Shown here: positions 47,113 to 55,042 of the stretch, one piece after another | Layout of the letters: every line of letters begins with the position of its first letter | How positions within the stretch are numbered: position 1 is the stretch's first letter | DNA from: a virus | Reading direction: 5' to 3' (one strand) | IMG/VR virus record: IMGVR_UViG_3300012928_000001 | Span: 41,164-105,163 of that record | Length of the DNA: 64,000 nt | Notes under the pieces: generated by a model | Seen by the model: only the letters and a program-made list of their open reading frames with translations | Told to the model about the DNA's origin: nothing | The model's database searches: none | Translations under genes and position numbers: made by a program

Positions 47113-47778
47113 ATGTACACGCCCACCGCCAACGAAGTTCACGAAATCGCCGAAGCCGTCGCCAAGTATTGGCGCACCCGCGGGATCACTTTCTACCCGT
47201 ACAACGATCTCTATCAGGACGCTTGCCTTGCGATCTTGGAGGCCGCGCGCAAGTTCGATGAGGACCACGGCGCGACGTTCAGGAACTACGCCTACACCGT
47301 CGCGTCGCGGGCGACCCGGGCGAGCTTCACCCGCGCCCGCGTGGCGGTGTCCGGGCGCTCGAACGGCGCAACGACGACCCTGGGCAAGGCGCACAACACC
47401 GCCGACATGGACAAGGCCGCGACCCGCGTCGTGAACAACACCGGATTCAACGGCCTCGATTTCGACGCGGTGCTCGCCGCGGTCGAGATCACCGACCAGG
47501 TATTCGAGCGCCTCGACTTGTTGTGCGAGAAAGACTCCAGCATCGCCTACGTGCGCCCGTGCCTGACCTACGAATGCGCGCCCGAGGATCTGCTCAACGA
47601 AGAAGAGGGCTGGACCAAAGACAGGATCCGCGTGGCCTGTCAGCGTGCGCGCCGACACCTTCGCCGCTCCCCGGAGCTGCGCCGCTACGCGGAGGAAGTC
47701 CGCGAGCTCTGTGACACAGGGCTCCGCCTCGCGGCGGCCGACATGACCACGACGCTTTGGGACTCCGCCACGGCCTGA
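47113..47778 (+). CDS. Sigma-70 family RNA polymerase sigma factor (phage-encoded)
   Basis: Region 2 signature DLYQDACLAILEAARKFDEDHGATFRNYA; C-terminal HTH-like WTKDRIRVACQRARRHLR. Confidence 0.8.
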   Translation: MYTPTANEVHEIAEAVAKYWRTRGITFYPYNDLYQDACLAILEAARKFDEDHGATFRNYAYTVASRATRASFTRARVAVSGRSNGATTTLGKAHNTADMDKAATRVVNNTGFNGLDFDAVLAAVEITDQVFERLDLLCEKDSSIAYVRPCLTYECAPEDLLNEEEGWTKDRIRVACQRARRHLRRSPELRRYAEEVRELCDTGLRLAAADMTTTLWDSATA

Positions 47779-47815
47779 GCTGGCACAAGTCGCACAAGTT
47801 CGGTATGCTCCCGCG

Positions 47816-48448
47816 GTGTCCAACACCGCGCCCGAAGTCCGAATGATTGATCTCGACCTTTTGGTCGAGATGGATAGCACAAACCCCAATGTCCTCGCCC
47901 CTGATCGGTTCGCCCTACTCGTCCGCGGGATCGAGGAGCATGGGTTTGTGCAAAACGTGCTCGTGTACCCGCGCGATGACAAGTTCGTCATCATCGACGG
48001 CGTGCACCGGTGCAAGGCCGCACGCGATGCGGGACTCAAAGAAGTGCTATGCATGATCGTCCCGCCCGACCGCGCGAGGGTTCTCCGCCTCGCGCTAAAC
48101 AAGCTCCGCGGCGAGCTGAATCATGCCGTGGTCGCGGAGGATCTCCTACACCTGAGCAGCGTCGAGAGCTACGATCTCGAAGCGCTCACGCTCACCGGGT
48201 TCACCGACGCGGAGTGCACGGCCCTCCTCGACATGGCAGCCACCGACGACAGCGAGACCGAGTCTCTACTGGCCGGGGTCGCCCTAGACTCGGTCCCCGA
48301 AGAAGAGGTGAAGCCGAAAACCTACAGCTTCACCGTGAAGTTCGCCACCGAATCGATGCGCGCCAAGTTCAAAGAACGGCTCGCACTCGTGCCCGGCCTT
48401 GACGACGTCGAACGTCTGCTACACTTGATCGAGAATCAAAGCCCATGA
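47816..48448 (+). CDS. ParB/Srx-like domain protein
   Basis: NPN, GIEEHGFVQNVLV, IIDGVHRCKAA, LNKLRG. Confidence 0.85.
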   Translation: MSNTAPEVRMIDLDLLVEMDSTNPNVLAPDRFALLVRGIEEHGFVQNVLVYPRDDKFVIIDGVHRCKAARDAGLKEVLCMIVPPDRARVLRLALNKLRGELNHAVVAEDLLHLSSVESYDLEALTLTGFTDAECTALLDMAATDDSETESLLAGVALDSVPEEEVKPKTYSFTVKFATESMRAKFKERLALVPGLDDVERLLHLIENQSP

Positions 48449-48741
48449 CACACTCCCGCACAACTCCCGATGATCTACGCGCCCAAGGCTGGGTGTATTG
48501 CTCCGAAGCGGCCCGCCTCACCGGTTTGGCCGTGCAGACCCTCTACCGCTGGATCGAGGCCGGCCTCGTTCCCGGCGAGCGCGTTGGCGGCTATCGGCTG
48601 TGCATCCACTGGGATAAGCTGCTCAAGCATATCGGCAAAGCCACGTGTAAGGCGCGGTTCATCACGCCCGAGCTCGACCCGGAGTCGTGGGCGAAGCAAG
48701 GCGAGGATCCCAAAGAGCGCGAGCGCATCGAGGCGGACTGA
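48445..48741 (+). CDS. MerR/excisionase-like HTH DNA-binding protein
   Basis: SEAARLTGLAVQTLYRWIEAGLVPGERVGG. Confidence 0.8.
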   Translation: MTHSRTTPDDLRAQGWVYCSEAARLTGLAVQTLYRWIEAGLVPGERVGGYRLCIHWDKLLKHIGKATCKARFITPELDPESWAKQGEDPKERERIEAD

Positions 48742-50156
48742 TGCTGCTCAGCATCGGGAACACCCGCACCACTGTTGACGCTTTGCCGCGCCAGCTCGCG
48801 TGGCTCGGGGCCCTGCTCTCGTTCACTGATCAGAGCAAGGCTTTCCAGCAGCGCGGGGGCAGGGCCGTGCGCGTCGAGGTCCCGGCGGTCTCGCTGCTCG
48901 AAAAGGACAGGCTCACGGGGAAGCACACCTTTCCCGCGGGCCTGTCCGCACACGTCGTGAGCGAGGCCAAGAAAGCCGGGGTCTCGGTCGCCTTCGCGGA
49001 CGCCCGCACGCGCCCCGTAGAGCCCGATCTCAGCGTCGAGACGGCATGGCTCCGGCCATACCAACGCGAGGCCGCAGAGACCGCCGTGGCGAAGACCAAG
49101 GGCATCATCAAGCTGCCCACGGGCACGGGGAAGACAGAGATCGCCGTGGCGATCTCGATGCTCCTACCCGGCGCCCGGGTCCTGATGATCACCCCCGAAA
49201 AGGACCTGCTCCACAACGCCGCGAGGCGCTTCGAGAAACGCACCGGGGACACGGCGGGGCGCATCGGTGACGGAATCTTCCGGCTGGGAGACTTCACCGC
49301 CGCGACCTTCCAGACCCTCGCCGCCGGCTTGCGCAAGGGAGATCCCAAGCTGCGCAAGTACATGCAAACCGTGCACGCGATGATCATCGACGAAGTGCAC
49401 CAACTCCCCGCCGACAGCTTCTATTCGGCGGCGCAGGCGATTCCTGCCTACTGGCGAATTGGGATGAGCGGAACACCACTCGCCCGAGGTGACCGAAAGG
49501 GCCTGTTCTCGGTCGCGGCTTGCGGGTCGATCATCTATCAGCAAAGCCCTGATTACTTCATCGAGCGCGGATGGATGAGCCGACCCAAAATCAAGCTCGT
49601 CAAGTGCGTGCAGGGAGGCGATGCGGCGAACTGGCAAAAGAGCCATGCGCAGTTCATCGTGAAGTCGAATCAGCGAAACAAGCTGCTCACCCGCATGGTA
49701 CGTGCATGCGCCAAACCGGCGCTGCTATTCGTGCGCCAAAAGAAGCACGGCCGCGAGATGCTCGATCGTCTGCGCGCGGCTGGGTTGCGTGCTGAGTTCG
49801 TCTGGGGCGAGTCCTCGATGGCTGAGCGCGACTTGGCGATCAAGAAACTGGAATGGGGCGACCTAGACGTCATTGTCTGCTCAAAGGTGTTCGTCACCGG
49901 GACAGACATTCCAGACCTGGCCGGCATGGTCAACGCCATGGGCGGCAAGTCGACGATCGAGACATTGCAGCGACTCGGCCGCGGTACTCGGGTGACCAAG
50001 ACCAAAACCGAGTTCGAACTTTGGGACGTCCTAGACGTCGCAGAATCGCCGGTGAACACGTCGGGGAATCGGTGGTCCCACCGCCACAGCCTCGAACGAA
50101 AAAATGTCTACCTCGCGCAAGGCTACGAGGTTATCATTCACGACGACGTACTGTGA
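48741..50156 (+). CDS. Superfamily II (DExH) helicase
   Basis: LRPYQ, PTGTGKT, DEVH, SGTP, GTDIP, QRLGRGTR. Confidence 0.92.
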   Translation: MLLSIGNTRTTVDALPRQLAWLGALLSFTDQSKAFQQRGGRAVRVEVPAVSLLEKDRLTGKHTFPAGLSAHVVSEAKKAGVSVAFADARTRPVEPDLSVETAWLRPYQREAAETAVAKTKGIIKLPTGTGKTEIAVAISMLLPGARVLMITPEKDLLHNAARRFEKRTGDTAGRIGDGIFRLGDFTAATFQTLAAGLRKGDPKLRKYMQTVHAMIIDEVHQLPADSFYSAAQAIPAYWRIGMSGTPLARGDRKGLFSVAACGSIIYQQSPDYFIERGWMSRPKIKLVKCVQGGDAANWQKSHAQFIVKSNQRNKLLTRMVRACAKPALLFVRQKKHGREMLDRLRAAGLRAEFVWGESSMAERDLAIKKLEWGDLDVIVCSKVFVTGTDIPDLAGMVNAMGGKSTIETLQRLGRGTRVTKTKTEFELWDVLDVAESPVNTSGNRWSHRHSLERKNVYLAQGYEVIIHDDVL

Positions 50157-50362
50157 TGATTCGGCACTGCTACGTCTGCGGGGCCGAGCACGAGGAAGAT
50201 CGCGGGGCTCACCTGTTTTGGTCTGGACCCTACACATTCGCGCTCACAGTCTATCTGTGCTCCGCGGGATGCTGGGTCACGCTGCAATGGGACACGCCGA
50301 AAGATCTACGTGAAGAGCGATTGCGTCTAGCGCTCGCCCGCGCAGCTGCTAGCCCTAAATAA
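50156..50362 (+). CDS. Small Cys-containing hypothetical protein
   Basis: CxxC...CSxxC; coupled start. Confidence 0.45.
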   Translation: MIRHCYVCGAEHEEDRGAHLFWSGPYTFALTVYLCSAGCWVTLQWDTPKDLREERLRLALARAAASPK

Positions 50363-50429
50363 GAGAAGCCCCACACCCCCCTTGCTTGCCGGCTCAGGGG
50401 TGTGGGGCGCGTCCTAGAGGAGACGTGAG

Positions 50430-51659
50430 GTGAAAACATACCACACCCTGAGCCCCCGCGGCCAGCAACTACCCGCAAAAATCCGCACCCTGATTAGGGT
50501 GCTTTTGGCGCAAGGGTACGATCACGAGCTCGCCCTAAACATAGAGTATCTCGCTACAGCCCTAAAGGTGCACCGTGCTACCGCTTATCGCCAGCTGCAT
50601 AAGGCCGAGCGATTGGGGGTAATCGAGATCGATAAGGGGTCCAGTCCTTTGGGTGGGGTCCGTCCCCACCCAAAGGTGATGTTGCCGTCCCGTCACAATT
50701 GGTCTATTCGCGTGAATCCGTGGTGCTACGAGCCTGTAGCGAAAAATCAGACTGGGGCAAATTCCAAAATGCGACAGCTTAATTATAATTCTCTTAATTC
50801 TACTCAAGAGAAAGAAGGAGATAAGGGAAAAGAGGAAAAAGAAAAAGATAAATGCGGTCGCATTTTTGCGGCTCCATGGCCACTCTCTACCCCACTACCG
50901 GCTAAGCAAGGTGCCGATATCGTAGATCCCGAATACACCCCTTCGGCATACGAGGAAGAGGAGTTCGAGTCTCGATTCGATGCACTCCTCTCCGGCTCGG
51001 CCCCAGGACAGCGAAAGCTTGCTGAGGCATCATGGGCCGGGCTCGGTATGCTCCCTGACTTCCCAGACCGGGGGTTCTGTCGATTCGCCAACACCCCCGC
51101 GCTTCCGCAGTTCACCGGCAACATGAAATGGGACATCTCTATCATACTCTGCGCCTATCGCTGCATCATCAAAAAGATGTACGGCAAGCGCGTTCGGCTT
51201 GACAACAAAGTGCGCTTTCGAATGAAGCCTGTTGTGCTGGCGCTAATCCAGCATGGCGTGAAAAGCCCATACCCTTGGGGAATGCAGCGCACACAGCAAT
51301 ACCGATTCGCTCACGGACCGGACAAAAAGCCTTCGATCGACGCGATCTTCTCCGGGCCGGCGGTCGCGGCTCAGGTTGCGAATTTCGAGGCTTACGCGGT
51401 ATCCTACGGCCTTTCACGGCAAATCATGGCCCCCTCACACCGCGAGGCCGTCACTCGGTGGTATCAAGCAAAAGCAATTGCGCTGTGTCTCGCACCGCCG
51501 AACGGCCTACAGAGGGAGACCGCCATCGCGGCGCTCGTCGGTCCGGCTGAGCTCGCGCGGTTGCGGCGGCAAGCTGAGGCTGAGGTTGTGCGGATTGAGG
51601 CCGATCTACTTCGTCGCATGCAAGCCAACGATTGGATCTGGGGGGACGTGAGTGTCTGA
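50430..51659 (+). CDS. Putative replication initiator (N-terminal wHTH)
   Basis: IEYLATALKVHRATAYRQLHKAERLGVI HTH; low-complexity linker; directly upstream of DnaB-like and primase. Confidence 0.55.
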   Translation: MKTYHTLSPRGQQLPAKIRTLIRVLLAQGYDHELALNIEYLATALKVHRATAYRQLHKAERLGVIEIDKGSSPLGGVRPHPKVMLPSRHNWSIRVNPWCYEPVAKNQTGANSKMRQLNYNSLNSTQEKEGDKGKEEKEKDKCGRIFAAPWPLSTPLPAKQGADIVDPEYTPSAYEEEEFESRFDALLSGSAPGQRKLAEASWAGLGMLPDFPDRGFCRFANTPALPQFTGNMKWDISIILCAYRCIIKKMYGKRVRLDNKVRFRMKPVVLALIQHGVKSPYPWGMQRTQQYRFAHGPDKKPSIDAIFSGPAVAAQVANFEAYAVSYGLSRQIMAPSHREAVTRWYQAKAIALCLAPPNGLQRETAIAALVGPAELARLRRQAEAEVVRIEADLLRRMQANDWIWGDVSV

Positions 51660-53013
51660 CGATCAAGTGATTGAGCCCTACGGGCTGCACGCCATGTTTG
51701 AGCGTGACTTGCTGTACACGCTCGCAAACGACACCGCGGCCTATGGTCGCGTAGGTGAGTACATCGAGCCAGAAGCGTTCTCTGATCCGCTGTCGCCAAT
51801 CGTCTGCAAGGTCATTGCGCAGTGCATCGCATCGACCGGCCGACCCCCAGGGGGGATGTCCGCGTTCCTGCAAGAGCTGGAGAACCTCGCAGCATCCGGC
51901 GGGATCAGCTTCGATCAGCGCGCGGCCGTTGCAGCCAACATGGTCGCGGCAAGTCAGACGGGATTCGACCCCGAAACCGTCGTGGCTCAGTTCGGCGCGG
52001 TGATCAAGAGTCGTCGGAACCGCACGGCGATTGAGAGCGCCATCCTGGCGCACAGCAATCCCGACGCGCTCGTCGAGATCGGGCAACAGCTACAAAACAA
52101 CGCGCAGATCGGCGTGGTCGACGTGAGCGTGGGCGATGACTTGTCCTCGCTGCAAGCTGACCTCGAAGAGACCGCCAACGTGCCGCGGCTGTCCTTTGGC
52201 TGCCCGGAGCTCGACGCGGCCACGGGCGGCGGACGGGCCCAAGGCGAGTTCGGTTTTGTGCTCGGTCCGCCGAAGACGGGCAAGTCCGCGTGGCTGGTCC
52301 AGGATGCGGTTACGGCCGTGCGCCAAGGTCTGAACACGGTTGTGATCACACTGGAGTTGCCAAGCGTGCGATGGCGTGCCCGATTCTTGGCGGGCATCAC
52401 TGCTGTGCCCACTAACGCGATTATCAAACACCCGAAGACCACAATCGCGTGGAAGGTCTTCGACGATATGAAAGGGATGGCGCAAGACACTGGGCTACCC
52501 TTCGGCCGATTCCAGATCAAGAAAATGCCGGCCGGCTCTACCACGCTGCTCGATGTCCTCTCCTACGTTTCGCGTGTCGAGCAACATTGGGGCGAGCAAG
52601 CCGACGTCGTGGTCATCGATTACATGGACAAGATGCGCGGCCAAGACACGACGAAAGGCATGTACGAGCAAATGCTCGAAGTCTATGAGGGTGGTCGCCT
52701 CTGGGCCGAGCTGAATGGTCGATGGATGTCGACTGCGAGCCAGACAAAGGGGCACGTGAAAGAGGGTGATATGCCCAACTTGGCCGACTGCGCTGATTCG
52801 CAAAACAAGGTGCGCGTAACTGACTGGATGCTCGGCATCCAAAAGATGCTGGACCCCACGCTAATCGGGCAAGTCTCGCTCCGCCTGATCGCGGGTCGCA
52901 ACTACGAAGAGACCAACGTGCTCGGCCCGTATAAGGGCGGTGCAGAGTTTGGCGTGTTCCTGCACGGGGTTGCCGGCAATAACGCACTCATCAACGTGAT
53001 CCAGAAAGTATGA
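51652..53013 (+). CDS. DnaB-like replicative helicase
   Basis: GPPKTGKS, ITLE, VVIDYMD, TASQ. Confidence 0.88.
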   Translation: MSDDQVIEPYGLHAMFERDLLYTLANDTAAYGRVGEYIEPEAFSDPLSPIVCKVIAQCIASTGRPPGGMSAFLQELENLAASGGISFDQRAAVAANMVAASQTGFDPETVVAQFGAVIKSRRNRTAIESAILAHSNPDALVEIGQQLQNNAQIGVVDVSVGDDLSSLQADLEETANVPRLSFGCPELDAATGGGRAQGEFGFVLGPPKTGKSAWLVQDAVTAVRQGLNTVVITLELPSVRWRARFLAGITAVPTNAIIKHPKTTIAWKVFDDMKGMAQDTGLPFGRFQIKKMPAGSTTLLDVLSYVSRVEQHWGEQADVVVIDYMDKMRGQDTTKGMYEQMLEVYEGGRLWAELNGRWMSTASQTKGHVKEGDMPNLADCADSQNKVRVTDWMLGIQKMLDPTLIGQVSLRLIAGRNYEETNVLGPYKGGAEFGVFLHGVAGNNALINVIQKV

Positions 53014-53906
53014 ACCGCGACGAGATGGTGATTGAGGCCGTGCAGCACGGTCGTCGGAACGCGTCCGGGTGGGTGCGGGTCACGTGCCCGTTTTGCCCGA
53101 CGCGTCGCAACTCGCCGGACCGCAAGCAATCATTCGCGTTCAACCCTTCGACGTCGGGCTTTGTCTGCAACCGCTGCCGGATCAAGGGGCGCCTGTTCTC
53201 CGCGTACACCGGGACGTTTAACGGTCCGCAACGCGAGGCGCTTTCCATCCATGCTGAGGCGGCCGGGTTCGCCTCGCTCTCTGACCTGTCCGTGATTCGT
53301 TCGCAGTCCGCCAAGCCGGCTTACACCTATCTCGCATCGCGTGGCTTCACGATGTCAGACATCGAGGCCGCGGATATGCGCGTCGCACTGTACGGCAAAT
53401 ACTCTGGCCGAATCATCATTCCCCACCGCGAGGCCGATGGGTCATGGTGGGGTTTCTCTGCGCGGATCTGGAAGCGCAAGATTGACCCGGGTTGCCGCAA
53501 AGTCCTCTACCCACCCGGCATGGATCGTCAGCGTCTCTACAACGCGCCCGCGTTGCTCGAAGAGACAGATCGTATGTTGCTTGTGGTAGAGGGTGTGCTA
53601 GATGCAACATGGTACCTGCCCGATGTCGTGGCCTCCCTAGGCCTCCCGATCATGTCGCATTTCGAGCGCTTGGTACGATTCGCCAAACGCCCTGTCTGCT
53701 TTGCCCTCGACGGCGACGCATGGGAGACCGGCCGCGCATGGATGCAGCTTGGTCGGTTCCGCGGGCGCAAAGACTTCTACGCCGTCCGGCTCCCCCCGGG
53801 CGAAGATCCAAACAGCATCGATCCTCAATGGCTATTCGATCAAGTCGAAGGCCTCACCACAATCAACGCAATCAAGCGAACCCCGAAAGCAGCGCTTCTC
53901 CCATGA
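53010..53906 (+). CDS. DNA primase (Zn finger + TOPRIM)
   Basis: CPFC...CNRC, YLASRG, RIIIP, VVEGVLDA, LDGDA, EDPN. Confidence 0.9.
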   Translation: MNRDEMVIEAVQHGRRNASGWVRVTCPFCPTRRNSPDRKQSFAFNPSTSGFVCNRCRIKGRLFSAYTGTFNGPQREALSIHAEAAGFASLSDLSVIRSQSAKPAYTYLASRGFTMSDIEAADMRVALYGKYSGRIIIPHREADGSWWGFSARIWKRKIDPGCRKVLYPPGMDRQRLYNAPALLEETDRMLLVVEGVLDATWYLPDVVASLGLPIMSHFERLVRFAKRPVCFALDGDAWETGRAWMQLGRFRGRKDFYAVRLPPGEDPNSIDPQWLFDQVEGLTTINAIKRTPKAALLP

Positions 53907-55039
53907 TCACCGATCTGCAAGCTCTTCTCACCACCATCGGTCCTGACAAATACAAGACCCTCGACATCAACGAACTCGTGCGCATGCAAGTCGAGCTGGC
54001 GCGCATCGACCTCGAAGGCGCCAAGCTCCAGCGCCTGAACGATCAAGACCTCGACGCGCAGCACCGGTCGGTCGCGTCTCCCGCTCCCGCTCCCGCTCCC
54101 GCGCCGACCCCCGCTCCCGAGCCTGTCGAGACTTTCGTGGCCGCGGCCGAGCCTGCGCCGGCCCCCGCCGCGCCCAAGATCACCATCGTGCCCGCTCCCG
54201 AGCTCGTCGACCGACCGCCGACCCCCGAGCCCGCGCCGCCGACCCCCGAGCCCGCTCCCGAGCCCGCGCCGCCGACCCCCGAGCCCGCGCCGGTGGTGCA
54301 CGCGACCATGCCGGAGCCTGCGCCCGCACCCGCTCCCGAGCCCGCGCCGACCCCTGCACCCCCGGCGCCCTCGCCTGTCCCCGCTCCGGCGATCCAGGCC
54401 CGCGCCGCCGCCCTGCCCAAGCCCCTGACCCCGCCCGAGCCCGCGCCGACCCCTGCGCCTGCTGAGGCCCCCGAGCACGCCGTCGAGACGCTCAAGTGCG
54501 GTCACGAATGGTACGTCAACATGCCCGCCCGCGAGCACCCCACGGCGCTCTCTGGGGTCGCGCACCAAAAGGCGATCCAGTTGACCGAGTGGGGCGGCCG
54601 AAAAGTCGTGAATCGGACCGAGAATGAGCTCTACTATCGACTCGATCTCGACAACGGCGATTTCGTGCGCATCGAATTCGACGGGCACGACTGGTATGAG
54701 GCCGGTCGTGCGAACAACGACGGCGACATGCTGCCGATCTTCAAACACCCCAAGGGCGCGAGCGAACCGGTCGCGTCGCTCCGGGGCGAGACGGCCGCAC
54801 GCGTCGCTATCAACGTGATCATGAGCGAGGGCGCCGGGGTCACGAGCTGGCGCCGACGGACGGGCATCCCCCAGGCTCCCAGCTTCCCCGAGGCCGTGCG
54901 CTTCGCCGAGCTCGATGCGAAGATGCGACACTACACGGGCGAGCCCTTCCTGCCCAAGTACACCGGCGATGACATGTTCATCATGGAGCTGTCGGCCTAC
55001 CTCAATCGGCAAAACACCGAGCTTCTCATCGAGGACTGA
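53903..55039 (+). CDS. Hypothetical protein with long Pro/Ala/Glu-rich linker
   Basis: ATGA overlap with primase; PEPAPPT repeats. Confidence 0.7.
   Translation: MITDLQALLTTIGPDKYKTLDINELVRMQVELARIDLEGAKLQRLNDQDLDAQHRSVASPAPAPAPAPTPAPEPVETFVAAAEPAPAPAAPKITIVPAPELVDRPPTPEPAPPTPEPAPEPAPPTPEPAPVVHATMPEPAPAPAPEPAPTPAPPAPSPVPAPAIQARAAALPKPLTPPEPAPTPAPAEAPEHAVETLKCGHEWYVNMPAREHPTALSGVAHQKAIQLTEWGGRKVVNRTENELYYRLDLDNGDFVRIEFDGHDWYEAGRANNDGDMLPIFKHPKGASEPVASLRGETAARVAINVIMSEGAGVTSWRRRTGIPQAPSFPEAVRFAELDAKMRHYTGEPFLPKYTGDDMFIMELSAYLNRQNTELLIED
54079..54470 (+). repeat. Pro-rich imperfect tandem repeats
   Basis: Repeated CCGACCCCCGAGCCCGCGCCG and GCTCCC units. Confidence 0.85.
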
Positions 55040-55042
55040 TCC

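Noticed and set aside
54079-54470. CRISPR array or DNA-level repeat element
   Set aside because: Repeats are in-frame Pro-rich coding repeats without unique spacers; no cas genes seen.
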